From Candidatus Zixiibacteriota bacterium (GTDB taxonomy: Bacteria > Zixibacteria > MSB-5A5 > GN15 > JAAZOE01): a DNA stretch of 64,000 bases. Position numbers and translations under genes: made by a program. The number at the start of each line of letters is the position of its first letter. The first letter of the stretch is position 1. The notes under the pieces were generated by a model. It made no database searches. It saw nothing but the letters and a program-made list of their open reading frames with translations, and was not told where the DNA came from. The DNA is taken from contig DAOUTW010000007.1 in the NCBI GenBank assembly GCA_030668485.1, forward strand, positions 5,060-69,059. Direction: 5' to 3'. This document shows positions 38,234-49,297 of this stretch, in pieces.

Positions 38234-41200
38234 TTACTTAAAAATCGGCTGTCCGCAAGCGCCTTCCCAGGTATCGCAATCAACCGGGGGAGGTCCGCCC
38301 TTAAAGACATAACTGATAGTGTATACAGCGTCACCGACGTTACAAGAACAGTCACCATTGCCGTCACCGCTGCAGGTTGCATACGGAGTCGGGGCCGGGC
38401 CGCCCTTGAAGACGTAACTGATTGTGTACACCGCATCACCAACGTTGACACTACCGTCGCCGTTGGCATCTCCGGGAACGCAATCGCAGACGAAGTCAAC
38501 GAAGATTTCCTGAGCAAGAGCCCAGGCGCGGGCCTGGTCTACCTGGTCGAGGTAGTCTTCTTCGCCTTCGTTGGTAGTTATCAGACCGATAACATACGTG
38601 TATTCCGCCTTGGCAGTCATATCGACGGCCTCGAAGGTCATACCGGAATGCAGGTCGATGGTGTCAAGTGCAGCCGGATTGTAACCACTGAGAGTGGTCA
38701 TCTGCGTATACAGGTATTCCTTATCGTAACCCGATCCGAGCTGATACTCGGCGTTCTCTTCTGTCCAGGCATTCAACGGGGTGCCCGTTTCGGTACCCTT
38801 GAAGAGAGCCACGCCGCCAAGACGATCGTTCTCATTGATCGGTGCGCCACCACAGGCGTCATAGTTATCCTCTTCGCCGGGGATGGTATCATATTCAGCA
38901 CCATACTGCCAGATCGTATTCCGAAGTGTATCCGCATCAAAACCGGTACCGTTATCGACGGCTTCATCGGCTGGGATATCCCAGTCGAGGACAAAGCCAA
39001 GATAGACTTCACTGGCGTCCTTGACCGGATTCCAGTTAAAGAAGGTGTATTTACCGACGACGAAGCAGTTGATTCCGTCAATCGGGGCATACATACTAAT
39101 GGCCACACCGTAAAGTGAATCGGAAGTCGTGACGGTGCACTGGAGCATTTCATAATCTCCAGGTACGGTAGTCCGGATCAGACCACTCTGGGGCCGGAAG
39201 GTACCAACTTCCGTGAAGTCCTGAGTAAACACGGTCGTATAGGCCAGATTCTCATCGCCGTTATTCCAGGTGATCATCGGGGAGGCGTCGTAGAGATACA
39301 TCAACTCATTCGGAGGAGTGTCGACCGAGTCGCAATCATCCGGAATATCGAGTGAGGCACCATCAGTGTCACCACCGAGACGAGCGGTATTATAAACCGC
39401 CAACTGCTTGCAGGTGGTATTGAGAATACTATCTTCAGGCATATTGAAATCAGAGGCCACGGTCAAGGCAATTTCAACAACATCGGGGCTCGAAGGAGCG
39501 TCATGAGTGATTGTGATAGTCGCATCATAGCTGGTACCCTCGGTGGTGAGTACACCGCCGGCGTTGAGGGTTATGTCGACTACGTCGAAGCTGCTGGTGT
39601 TGATAGCAGCCATGTGGCCGCCCATGGATATCCATGACGGATCGGCTCCGGCGCTATCGGATACGGCTATGCTGGCAATATTGAGAATCTCGTTACCGAT
39701 ATTGCTGATTTTAAGCGATACAACCAGAGGCACGCCAGGAGGCGTATGAGTCGGATCGATAAACTGAGTTGGCTCTAGCGAGAGTTTCGGGATGTGAGCC
39801 ACATCGCGGCACGGGAAACGATAGTGCATCACATTATTGACACACCAGGTACCGCTGCCCTGCGGAATACCGCCGGCATCCTTATCGTTGATATACATAA
39901 TATCGAGCGTATCATCGACAGTCTCATCACCGTAAACCATACCATACCTGCCCATCGACGACCAGTGATCGCTCTCACAGTAAGAGCTGTCGCAATTCGA
40001 CGTTCTGGTTTTGGTCAGGTTCCAGGCAGTATCCCAGGTTACGCCCATATCGTCGGAAGCGCCCAGGTACAATTCACCGTTTGCGAAGCCGGCCTGAGAA
40101 CAGTCTGCCAGAGCGCCCGGCTCATTGTCATCACCAAATTTGGTGTATAGAGCGTATAAATTGCCGTCGCAATACGACACCGATGGCTTGGCAATGTAAA
40201 GATTCCAGGCATCAGGGTCGCAGGGACGCGTCGGTGTCAACTGCATAACATAACGAGCTTCATCGATAATACTGCCCGTTGAAACGGTCTCAGACGTCAA
40301 CTCGACAGCCCAGTGAACCAGACGCGATTTGTAGTTTTCATAAGAACTCTGGCTGCGAAGCTCGCGAACCGGAGCTATGATATGAATGGAGTTGTCCTGG
40401 GTCGTGAATACTGCCGACAAGTCGGAATAAGCGCGCCACAGGGAGTCGTCTTCCTCCGAGTAATTGGACACGCATACCGGCAAATTCCAGTTGTCACCCT
40501 GATCGGTGGACAAAATGTAGTATACGTCGAGGTCAGTCTGGCTGCCCGATCCCTCTTCTTCACCAGGGCGATCGTCGGTATAGACAATGGCAACCTTGTC
40601 CGAATTGGCATCCGGGACTACAGTGTAGGCCAAGTCAGTCACCGTTTCGATGTACTGACCCTGATCCCAGTCTGCGGTACCCATTTTGCGGTAGAGGATC
40701 ATATCTTCGCTGCCCTCAAAGACGTGCGTAATCATGTAAATTACGTCTTCGGTCACACTCGGATGATCGGAATTATGTGTGGAGATAATCGGCCAGATAG
40801 TTTCCGGCTGATACCAATCGGCTTCCGCATCCGGGGAACAGGCATAGTTGTAAAAAATGAATGCAGGTACAGACGGATAACCGTCCCAGTAATAGGTTGC
40901 TTGATAAATACCGGTACCGGGATCGACATGGCAGCCAAAGGCCGCTTCACCATCTGCGCTCCAGGCACACGAAGTGTAGCCACAATAATCCGGATCGGTG
41001 GCAGCATAACCGCCTTCATCAAGCACATAGGTGGGTTCAGCCGCCCACGAATCATATGCCTGAACATAAACGCCGCGAGCGCCCGGTATTGTGAAATCGT
41101 CCTGTGCCATCCATACGATGAACACAAAACCATTATCCTTATTGGTCGCAACCTGACGACCCATCGATCCATTATGCTGGTAATCGTAAGTGGTCAATCC

Positions 41201-41437
41201 TGCCACATTACCTGGAGAGTTGGTTGGGGGGCCAGCCTTCAGGTTTAGTGGAATGTTACCTTTGGTTTGTACTGACATCCCATTCGTCTTTTCATACGGA
41301 ATCATGAACCTTGGTGCACGATCCGGATGGAAAGTAGTTTTCGGATGCAGATTATCAGCCGCATACACTAATGAAGCTGACAGGAACATACCAAAGAGGA
41401 ACGCGGTCATGAGTACAACGGAAAGCTTATTGCGCAT
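38234..41437 (-). CDS. large secreted protein (1067 aa) with C-terminal dockerin-like module
   Basis: Signal peptide. Unassigned approx. 950-aa beta-rich body. The C-terminal GDANGDGSVNVGDAVYTISYVFKGGP x2 with 4 Cys lies at about 38237-38470. Confidence 0.75.
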   Translation of the reverse strand: MRNKLSVVLMTAFLFGMFLSASLVYAADNLHPKTTFHPDRAPRFMIPYEKTNGMSVQTKGNIPLNLKAGPPTNSPGNVAGLTTYDYQHNGSMGRQVATNKDNGFVFIVWMAQDDFTIPGARGVYVQAYDSWAAEPTYVLDEGGYAATDPDYCGYTSCAWSADGEAAFGCHVDPGTGIYQATYYWDGYPSVPAFIFYNYACSPDAEADWYQPETIWPIISTHNSDHPSVTEDVIYMITHVFEGSEDMILYRKMGTADWDQGQYIETVTDLAYTVVPDANSDKVAIVYTDDRPGEEEGSGSQTDLDVYYILSTDQGDNWNLPVCVSNYSEEDDSLWRAYSDLSAVFTTQDNSIHIIAPVRELRSQSSYENYKSRLVHWAVELTSETVSTGSIIDEARYVMQLTPTRPCDPDAWNLYIAKPSVSYCDGNLYALYTKFGDDNEPGALADCSQAGFANGELYLGASDDMGVTWDTAWNLTKTRTSNCDSSYCESDHWSSMGRYGMVYGDETVDDTLDIMYINDKDAGGIPQGSGTWCVNNVMHYRFPCRDVAHIPKLSLEPTQFIDPTHTPPGVPLVVSLKISNIGNEILNIASIAVSDSAGADPSWISMGGHMAAINTSSFDVVDITLNAGGVLTTEGTSYDATITITHDAPSSPDVVEIALTVASDFNMPEDSILNTTCKQLAVYNTARLGGDTDGASLDIPDDCDSVDTPPNELMYLYDASPMITWNNGDENLAYTTVFTQDFTEVGTFRPQSGLIRTTVPGDYEMLQCTVTTSDSLYGVAISMYAPIDGINCFVVGKYTFFNWNPVKDASEVYLGFVLDWDIPADEAVDNGTGFDADTLRNTIWQYGAEYDTIPGEEDNYDACGGAPINENDRLGGVALFKGTETGTPLNAWTEENAEYQLGSGYDKEYLYTQMTTLSGYNPAALDTIDLHSGMTFEAVDMTAKAEYTYVIGLITTNEGEEDYLDQVDQARAWALAQEIFVDFVCDCVPGDANGDGSVNVGDAVYTISYVFKGGPAPTPYATCSGDGNGDCSCNVGDAVYTISYVFKGGPPPVDCDTWEGACGQPIFK

Positions 41438-41695
41438 TGCCCGTCCTCCTAATATGGTTATTAATTGCTGTTAAGACTTAAGAAAAACTGTGCAGTAACC
41501 TAAGCCTTTTCCTTCACGCTAAATATACTTCTTTGGGGCTGTTTGTCAAGTGATTAATAAACAGAGAGTTAACAAACTAAAAAGGTGGGTTTAAAAAATT
41601 CCCGTCATGAAAATTAGCAAAACCAAAATATTTTAGGTTGATAAGGAGCGATCACATTCGTTTATTAGTCCGATCACCGGTAAGGGAGGAAGACT

Positions 41696-43720
41696 GTGAG
41701 TATTAATATGGTTAAACGAAACTTTTATGGTATGCTTTCGCTTTTAATTCTTGTCGGGGCGTTGCCGCTCCTGTTGATCCTGTTGTCTTGCGACGAGTTG
41801 GAGCAAAAATATATCCGCCGCGATCAATTGTTTAAAATCGCCAATATCGAGGATTCCCGTATCTGGGATACCCTGCTGGTCGGCGGTAATTACCTTTCCG
41901 ATCCCGATCCGGAGATCCGCGCCCGGGCCGCGGTCGCGATCGGCCGTATCGGCGGGAGTCGCTATGCTGCTGCCCTGAATCAGCATTTGCGCGACACAGT
42001 GTCTTCGGCTGCCGAAGCAAAATATTTTGCCGCCGGTTTGATCGGTGACTCCATTTTATTCGATTCCGTTTATAATCTGGCCCGGTCTGAAACCATCGCC
42101 AGAGAGGCTGCGGTTGAGGCGTTGGGTCGCATCTCAAATGCCGCACAAGCTCCGATGCTGGCCGTTTTTCTCGATGATCCCGATACCACCGTTGTTTATC
42201 AGGCTATGTTGGCCCTGTGGCGCGCCGGTGATACGCTGCAAGCAATGAAAATGGCCCAGATCGGATTATTGACCGGTAGCCGAAAAGTGAAATACGGCAC
42301 CCTGTATTCCCTGGCGCGAGCCGGAAGGGCCGAAGGAGGGGAACTGTACCGCAGCCTGCTGTCCGATTCCGATCCGGAATTCAGGATGATGGCTTACACC
42401 GGGCTGGGGCGCACGCTGGATACGGCCTCTATCAAGCAAATCGCAGCCGGTCTTAACGATGCCGACGACCGCGTGGTGGCAGCGGCTATGACTGCCTTGA
42501 GCAAATTCGAAGACCTGGGATCAATATTTATCGGAGATAAAATCCGGGATCTCAAGGATGAAAAACTTCTGGCCCTGGGTTTGGATATTATCGGAACTAA
42601 CCATGGATTTAAGGGGGCCGCGCAGATTGTCCGGACAATACTGAAAAACGACTCTCGATATAATGTGCGAGCCGCTGCCGCCGGAGCATTGCTTCGAATC
42701 GATGGTCTCAATGGGTTGACGACAATTGATGAAATATTGAAAAACCCGACCACACATCAGAAAACAGTTGTCGCCGAAGCGGCCGCTACTCTCGATGCCA
42801 AAGTTGCCACAGCCCGTTTGACACCACTTTTCAATGATCCCTCACCGATCGTCAGGGCGACAGCTCTGCAGTCGCTGTGTGAAGTCGATTCGGCCTCATG
42901 TGCGCCATATTTGAAAACAGGTCTGGAGGATGACGATTACGTGGTGGTGTCTACCGCTGTCGAGTTGGCGGCCAAGCAAGGTCGGAAATCTCTGGTACCG
43001 ACCATAGCCGGTTTGTATCTGGATAATAGAAACACAATAGAGGACGACCTCAAAAGGTCTATTATCGATGCCTGCTCGACTTTCCCCGCCGATGCATCAT
43101 ATGACAGTCTGATCATTGCGGTCCTGGAGGAGGGTTGCAACGATGAATGGTTCCTTATTCGCCGGGAGTCAGCGGAGGTGCTGTGGAATAAATACAATAT
43201 CGACCGCCGAGGCCGAACTGCAGGCGCGCGTTCGTATATCGAGAAAGGTAATTTTCGGAATCTGTTTTACCGTTACGAGACCAATCCTCTGGCCATCTTG
43301 GAAACATCGCGCGGGACAATCACCATCGAATTGCTCTACGGCGACGCTCCGAAAACGGTTAACAATTTTATCTCGCTGGCGGAAAAAGGGATTTATGACA
43401 GCAGCAATTTTCATCGGGTGATCCCCAATTTCGTTATTCAGGACGGCTGTCCTCGCGGCGACGGCTGGGGCGGACCGGGATACACCATTCGATGCGAGTA
43501 TACCCGTCTGTCATATGAAACCGGAACCGTCGGCATGGCTCATTCCGGCAAGGATACCGGTGGGTCGCAGTACTTTATCAGCCTTTCGCCGCTCCCGCAT
43601 CTCGACGGTCGTTATACAATTTTCGGGCGGGTGATATCAGGTATGGATGTGGCCCGGCAAATCGTCCGCGGCGATTCGATTGAAACCGTGACCATCCAAT
43701 ATGACGGGGAGGAAACATGA
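41696..43720 (+). CDS. HEAT/PBS-lyase repeat protein fused to cyclophilin-type peptidyl-prolyl isomerase
   Basis: N-terminal TM helix, then more than 8 HEAT-like repeats. The C-terminus has the cyclophilin core (HRVIPNFVIQDG, FFISL). Confidence 0.8.
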   Translation: MSINMVKRNFYGMLSLLILVGALPLLLILLSCDELEQKYIRRDQLFKIANIEDSRIWDTLLVGGNYLSDPDPEIRARAAVAIGRIGGSRYAAALNQHLRDTVSSAAEAKYFAAGLIGDSILFDSVYNLARSETIAREAAVEALGRISNAAQAPMLAVFLDDPDTTVVYQAMLALWRAGDTLQAMKMAQIGLLTGSRKVKYGTLYSLARAGRAEGGELYRSLLSDSDPEFRMMAYTGLGRTLDTASIKQIAAGLNDADDRVVAAAMTALSKFEDLGSIFIGDKIRDLKDEKLLALGLDIIGTNHGFKGAAQIVRTILKNDSRYNVRAAAAGALLRIDGLNGLTTIDEILKNPTTHQKTVVAEAAATLDAKVATARLTPLFNDPSPIVRATALQSLCEVDSASCAPYLKTGLEDDDYVVVSTAVELAAKQGRKSLVPTIAGLYLDNRNTIEDDLKRSIIDACSTFPADASYDSLIIAVLEEGCNDEWFLIRRESAEVLWNKYNIDRRGRTAGARSYIEKGNFRNLFYRYETNPLAILETSRGTITIELLYGDAPKTVNNFISLAEKGIYDSSNFHRVIPNFVIQDGCPRGDGWGGPGYTIRCEYTRLSYETGTVGMAHSGKDTGGSQYFISLSPLPHLDGRYTIFGRVISGMDVARQIVRGDSIETVTIQYDGEET

Positions 43721-44493
43721 TGCGGCATGGATATGCTCTGGTCATCATGTTCTGTTTGCTTCCGGGGTTGGTGTGGTGTGGAGAACATCTCGATATAGAG
43801 GAGGTTATTTCCGGCACCTATGTGCGCGACAGCATCACGCGTGCCGAGATCGGGGTTATGTCGATGGAGGTCGAGTCATACGTTCGTTCGCTCAAGGGCA
43901 ACGGGGAGGTAAAAGAGGAAAAACAGTATTCAAGAAATTACTTCATCAAAGACACCCTGCTTAAAATAGAGTTCATCAATTATTACAAAGACGGGCAACT
44001 GCAAGACGAAAAGGAATTGCAGAAGCAGATAAAAGCCGAACGCGACCGGCGCAGAAAAGGCCGCAACCGCGACGCCTCGGTCAATCCGCGGCAGCCGTTT
44101 TTCCCCCAAAACAGGCAGCATTATTCGTTCAGTATGCCGGGAATAGAAAAGCAGCATGGTTGTATCTGCTATCATATTGTGGCCGATTGCCTGATGGAAG
44201 ATGAGGATATGCTGGAGGGGGATTACTGGTTCGAGGTCAACCATTTGAATCTGGTCCATGCCGAATTTCGCCCTGCCCGGATGCCGTCCAAGATCAAGCA
44301 ACTCGATATGACCAAGAGTTATGCGCCGGTGGAGTATGGCTATTGGTTGCCGGTTGGCTTTCATCTGCTGGGACGAGGGAAAGTCCTGCTTTTTATCAAG
44401 TTCAATTTCGAGGTCGAAGAGAAATATTTACGACATAAAATCAATGTCGAAGTTGCCGACGATTTTTTCGTGGAGGATGACGATGAAAAATAA
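43717..44493 (+). CDS. hypothetical secreted protein
   Basis: Signal peptide, 258 aa, no recognised motif. Shares a 4-bp overlap with the upstream gene. Confidence 0.5.
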   Translation: MMRHGYALVIMFCLLPGLVWCGEHLDIEEVISGTYVRDSITRAEIGVMSMEVESYVRSLKGNGEVKEEKQYSRNYFIKDTLLKIEFINYYKDGQLQDEKELQKQIKAERDRRRKGRNRDASVNPRQPFFPQNRQHYSFSMPGIEKQHGCICYHIVADCLMEDEDMLEGDYWFEVNHLNLVHAEFRPARMPSKIKQLDMTKSYAPVEYGYWLPVGFHLLGRGKVLLFIKFNFEVEEKYLRHKINVEVADDFFVEDDDEK

Positions 44494-44965
44494 ATCATAC
44501 AAAATTACCCCGGCCGAGGGTGAAAATATCATCTTTGGCATGTCGCATTTTATCAAGACGGTAGAAGATATTTATGAGATCATGGTCAACTCCTCGCCGT
44601 CGATTAAATTCGGTCTGGCTTTCTGCGAGGCCTCCGGGCCCTGCCTGGTGCGCAGCGACGGCAATGATCCCGACCTGATCAAACAGGCGGAGAAATACGC
44701 CTTCGATATCGGCGCCGGACATACTTTTATTATCATCATGCGTGACGGTTTTCCGATCAATGTTTTGCCGGCGTTGAAGGATTGCCGCGAGGTGTGCCGC
44801 ATCTTTTGCGCCACGGCCAATCCGATTGAGATATTGATTGCCGAAAGCGATCAGGGGCGCGGCGTTACCGGCGTCATCGACGGTTTTATGCTAAAGGGAA
44901 TCGAATCCGACGACGACAAAAAGCACCGAGTGGAATTTCTGCAGAAGATCGGGTATAAGAGATAG
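44483..44965 (+). CDS. conserved hypothetical protein (possibly adenosine-specific-kinase-like PF04008; tentative)
   Basis: GGAGG lies 7 nt upstream of ATG 44483. 160 aa. Confidence 0.5.
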   Translation: MKNKSYKITPAEGENIIFGMSHFIKTVEDIYEIMVNSSPSIKFGLAFCEASGPCLVRSDGNDPDLIKQAEKYAFDIGAGHTFIIIMRDGFPINVLPALKDCREVCRIFCATANPIEILIAESDQGRGVTGVIDGFMLKGIESDDDKKHRVEFLQKIGYKR

Positions 44966-45243
44966 TTGGATTAATCCGGTGCCAATCAAGCTTCTTATAT
45001 GATCAATATGACAGTGATATTATAAATTTGTGCTTGTCAAATTGTCTGTTTTGGACGTCTTTCTTGATAAGAAGGGTTACTTTGGCGACGCATCGGCCGC
45101 GAGACATTATATGTACTTGGGTCAGCCGGGTGGCGAGGATAAAAAAGTGCGCATCGGGGCTGGACAATAAATATGGACATTAATACTCAACATCGGGAGA
45201 CGGCAGAATAATATTTAAACCTGCAAAAGGAAAAGGGGCCGTT

Positions 45244-46968
45244 ATGAAATCTATCAGGCACTTAACGACAATCCTTTGGCTGCTGGCTATGGTCGTCGGT
45301 CAAACGGAATGGTCAGCGGCGACAAAGCCAAGCAGTCCATTTGTGGTAGTAAGAGAATTGGTGTCGCATTCTTCAGGTGGCGGAGCGACAACCGTGCTGT
45401 TGAGTATATCGCCAAGTTCCTCACATATAAAATGTGATGAGATCATTTTAAGTGTAGCCAAAATAGATAATCTGATATACGAAGGGCCGGATACGCTTGT
45501 GGGGTTCATAGTCGATTCCCTGCCGGCAGTATTTGAAATTAAGGTAAAGATTCCTGAAAACGATACGTCAGGTATGGAGTTTAATATAAGAGGTTGCAAT
45601 GAATCGCGTGGATGTGACATCTATATGGTCGCCAAGGATACCACTGTAGAAATTCATCCCGGAGATGTCAGGAAATCGATGGCTGCGCGTCAGGCCGGAT
45701 CGAAAATGGAGATAAGCACTTCGCATGCGGATTGGCTAAAAGAGAAATTTGGAGACACGCATGAGACAACAACGATCCTCGATGCGGAGGGCCGAATAGT
45801 ATACACCACCGACGACGGCTGGTTCGACCCGGACGGTAATTCCATATCTGAAGAAGAAGCCCAGGACCTTTATTATAGGAAGGAACCACCGGTATACGGA
45901 AGAATACAGCCTCGTATCGATGGATATGGTTGGATCAGGACTGACAGCGGTCTTGTCTATATGCCAAAGACCGAAGCCCCCACGAATGAGCAACTTAGAC
46001 TTAAAAAAATGAGAGAACTGGAAAAGGAGCCTCTTACAGACCACTCCGGGGAGTTATATAAAATTGGGGATACGGTGTATATTCGCGACAGTGGTTGGAT
46101 CGATGCCAATGGTAACCTTATGTCCGATGATGAGGTCATGGAATTATATAATAGGGATAGGGCGCAATCAGATATTGGGTGCGGGTTGCCATGGCCAATC
46201 AGTGTGGGGTTGGAGACCGAACCCAGTCCGGCCCAGCCCGGGCCGGTCAATCTTAGATTGACCCTGAAATGGCTTTTGCCCGACAAGGACTGTGATACTT
46301 TGGAGATCTTCGTCGATTCGATTGATAATTTGATTTATAATGGTCCGCAAAGCATCATTACTGCATTCGGTCGCGGTGAACCGACGGAACTGGAATTCCC
46401 GATTGTGCTCCCGGCGAACGATACCTGCGGTATGATTATCAAGTTCAAATGCGACCGGCCGGTACAGACTAAATGGGTCTACTGGGTCACGAAGAGTGAC
46501 ACCGTAGAATTTTATAATGGTGATCCGAGAACGAGTCAAAAGGCGCTCTATCCGCCGACCCCCAGAAGAATGATTAGCCCGGAAGAGAGGCCATATTGGG
46601 AAATGGAGCAGAAGGAGCAATGGCCCCATACCGGCAGTGAGCCCGAAATCTTTCTTGTTGGTGATAAAGGTTTTATACGAAACCCTGGAGAGTACAAATT
46701 TCGAGAAATGGACGCAATCGAAGATCCAAAAGAATATATGCGGCACATACAAGATTCTTTGCGTGCCGTTAGTCTAAGTCACATAAATATCAGAACGATG
46801 GACCTGAGCGATACCACAAAGTACCGAATTGCACGACAATATGCCGACAGCCTTTTGCCCACCGATCAACAAGGCGTTTATCAAGTATATTTTACTCCTT
46901 CGGATATTAGTCAATTACGCGATTGGCTTTTTGAGATACATAGGATTAAACCTGTACTTGACCAATAA
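45244..46968 (+). CDS. hypothetical secreted protein with two internally duplicated modules
   Basis: Signal peptide. Two repeated pairs: IDNLIYEGPDT... / IDNLIYNGPQS..., and DDGWFDPDGNSISEEEAQDLY / DSGWIDANGNLMSDDEVMELY. Confidence 0.55.
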   Translation: MKSIRHLTTILWLLAMVVGQTEWSAATKPSSPFVVVRELVSHSSGGGATTVLLSISPSSSHIKCDEIILSVAKIDNLIYEGPDTLVGFIVDSLPAVFEIKVKIPENDTSGMEFNIRGCNESRGCDIYMVAKDTTVEIHPGDVRKSMAARQAGSKMEISTSHADWLKEKFGDTHETTTILDAEGRIVYTTDDGWFDPDGNSISEEEAQDLYYRKEPPVYGRIQPRIDGYGWIRTDSGLVYMPKTEAPTNEQLRLKKMRELEKEPLTDHSGELYKIGDTVYIRDSGWIDANGNLMSDDEVMELYNRDRAQSDIGCGLPWPISVGLETEPSPAQPGPVNLRLTLKWLLPDKDCDTLEIFVDSIDNLIYNGPQSIITAFGRGEPTELEFPIVLPANDTCGMIIKFKCDRPVQTKWVYWVTKSDTVEFYNGDPRTSQKALYPPTPRRMISPEERPYWEMEQKEQWPHTGSEPEIFLVGDKGFIRNPGEYKFREMDAIEDPKEYMRHIQDSLRAVSLSHINIRTMDLSDTTKYRIARQYADSLLPTDQQGVYQVYFTPSDISQLRDWLFEIHRIKPVLDQ

Positions 46969-47062
46969 TCCACCCGCCACTGAAATTGCCAGTTTTTTGC
47001 TGTTGATTCCCGGCTTTTTTACGTTATATTTACATCCTGTCATCTTTGAAAAAGGGTTTGTC

Positions 47063-47806
47063 GTGCAGGGAATTATATTAACCGGCGGCCGGGGTACCCG
47101 GCTGATGCCGCTGACAAAAAATACCAATAAACATCTGATCGACCTCTGCGGCCGACCGATGGTCTATTATTCACTGTCGATCCTTGCCTCAGTCGGCATC
47201 ACCGACCTGACCCTGGTGACAAATCCGGAACAGGTCAACGACTTCGATAGCGCCATTACCGGTGGCTTTCGCGATCAGTTCGAACAGTTTCGAATCGTCC
47301 CGCAAACCAACAAACCGGGTATTGCCGGGTCGATCCAGATGATGCCGGAAGAACACCGGGCCGGACCGTATATGGTTGTCCTCGGCGACAATATCGTCGG
47401 CGGGTCGATCAGCGATATCAGAGACAGATTCCTGAAAAATCCCGACCGGGCCATGATTGTTCTCAGTAAAGTCGTATCGCCGGAGGCGTTCGGCGTCGCT
47501 CATATCGAAAAAGGGAAACTGCTGGCAATCGAGGAAAAACCGGAAAAAGCAAGATCCCACTGGGTAATCACCGGGATATACTTTTTCCCGACCGACCTGT
47601 TTGAGATCGCTTCTCAGTCGAAGCCGTCGAGGCGCGGCGAGTACGAAGTGACCGATATCCTGTCGGAATACCTGCGGCAGGATCGCCTTGATTACCATAT
47701 CCTGGAACCGTGGTGGATCGATGCCGGAACGCATAAATCGTTGGCCGAGGTTAAACGGAAGATTTGCGGCGATGGCGACAGCGAAGTGGAGGAAACCGAA
47801 GGATGA
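47063..47806 (+). CDS. rmlA: glucose-1-phosphate thymidylyltransferase
   Basis: GIILTGGRGTRL motif. Putative GTG start. The ORF-track start at 46829 overlaps the upstream gene. Confidence 0.8.
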   Translation: MQGIILTGGRGTRLMPLTKNTNKHLIDLCGRPMVYYSLSILASVGITDLTLVTNPEQVNDFDSAITGGFRDQFEQFRIVPQTNKPGIAGSIQMMPEEHRAGPYMVVLGDNIVGGSISDIRDRFLKNPDRAMIVLSKVVSPEAFGVAHIEKGKLLAIEEKPEKARSHWVITGIYFFPTDLFEIASQSKPSRRGEYEVTDILSEYLRQDRLDYHILEPWWIDAGTHKSLAEVKRKICGDGDSEVEETEG

Positions 47807-48258
47807 TTGCCGGAGTAAAAACCAAAACATTGATCACACATGCCGACGAACGCGGCTGGCTCTATGAAATCCTTCGCAACGACGACGAAATGTTCAAACA
47901 ATTCGGGCAGGTATATATTTCGGCGGTTTATCCGGGAGTGGTCAAGGCCTGGCATTGTCATGCCAGACAAACCGACAGCTTCACTATTGTATCGGGTATG
48001 GCCAAACTAGTCCTGGCCGATTTGCGCGAAGATAGCTCGACCAAAGGCGAGGTCAATGAATTTATTATCGGCGATGAAAACCGGATGCTGATACAGATTC
48101 CGACAATGGTTCATCACGGCATCAAAGGAATCGGAACCCAACCGGCGCTGGCGCTCAATTGCCCCGACCAGCCGTTCGATAAGGATAATCAGGATGAAAT
48201 CCGGCTGCCGCATAATACCCCCGAAATTCAATACGACTGGGAGATCAGGCACGGCTGA
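47803..48258 (+). CDS. rmlC: dTDP-4-dehydrorhamnose 3,5-epimerase-like cupin
   Basis: Cupin fold. 4-bp ATGA overlap with rmlA. Sits in the rml operon. Confidence 0.7.
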   Translation: MIAGVKTKTLITHADERGWLYEILRNDDEMFKQFGQVYISAVYPGVVKAWHCHARQTDSFTIVSGMAKLVLADLREDSSTKGEVNEFIIGDENRMLIQIPTMVHHGIKGIGTQPALALNCPDQPFDKDNQDEIRLPHNTPEIQYDWEIRHG

Positions 48259-49289
48259 TGAAATTGCTGATTACAGGAACCGCCGGATTTATCGGATCGA
48301 ACCTGGTCCGGTATCTTTTGAACCATGTCGACGATCTCCAAATCATCTCGCTCGACAGCCTTGAATATGCCGGTGACAAAATCAATCTCGAAAATATCCC
48401 CGGCGGGATCGAATCGGACCGGCATCGCTTTATTCACGGTTCCATCTGCGATACCAATCTGATCGATGAAATCGCCACTGAGGGTATCGATGGTATTATC
48501 AACCTCGCGGCGCACACCCATGTCGACCGGGCTTATTATCATCCCGGCGTTTTTATCAAGAACAATGTCGAGGGGGTGCTCAATCTCCTGCGAGCCACCG
48601 CCCGGTTCGATATCAAGCGGTATCTTCAGATTTCAACCGATGAAGTATACGGTTCGACCCAACCGGAACATCCCTTCGATGAAAAAGCGCCGCTTCGTCC
48701 CGGTAATTATTATTCGTCATCGAAAGCGGCGGCCGATTTGTATATCGCGGCGGCGATCAATACCGATGGTATCGATGCTGTGATAGTGCGCGGAACGAAT
48801 AATTTTGGGCCGTATCAGTTCCCCGAGAAAGTGATTCCGTTTTTCACCCGCCGGATTATCGATGGTGAAACGCTGCCGTTGTACGGCCATGGTCAGCAGA
48901 TGCGAGACTGGTTGTATGTCGAAGATTTCTGCCGCGCCATCTGGCTGGTGTTTACCAGGGGGGTGTGCGGGGAGATATACAATGCCGGAGCAGGCAATCA
49001 TACCAGCAATCTCGAGCTGTCCAAAAAATTGGTAAAAACCCTCGATGCCGATTATGGTCTGATCAAGCATGTCGCCGATCGGCCCGGCCATGATTTCTGC
49101 TATGCCGTTAATTCGGACAAAATCAGGAAACTCGGGTGGAGGCCGGATGCCGATTTCGATACCAAACTGACCGAGACGGTCATCTGGTATCGGGATAATC
49201 AGGAATGGGTCAATTCGATCATGACCAAATCCTCGGCCGATCCGGATGATGAATCGTTTTTCGAAAAGCATTACCGCCATCGCACATAA
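48258..49289 (+). CDS. rmlB: dTDP-glucose 4,6-dehydratase
   Basis: TGTAGFIGSN Rossmann motif and YSSSK catalytic motif. Confidence 0.9.
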   Translation: MKLLITGTAGFIGSNLVRYLLNHVDDLQIISLDSLEYAGDKINLENIPGGIESDRHRFIHGSICDTNLIDEIATEGIDGIINLAAHTHVDRAYYHPGVFIKNNVEGVLNLLRATARFDIKRYLQISTDEVYGSTQPEHPFDEKAPLRPGNYYSSSKAAADLYIAAAINTDGIDAVIVRGTNNFGPYQFPEKVIPFFTRRIIDGETLPLYGHGQQMRDWLYVEDFCRAIWLVFTRGVCGEIYNAGAGNHTSNLELSKKLVKTLDADYGLIKHVADRPGHDFCYAVNSDKIRKLGWRPDADFDTKLTETVIWYRDNQEWVNSIMTKSSADPDDESFFEKHYRHRT

Positions 49290-49297
49290 GAGGTCGC

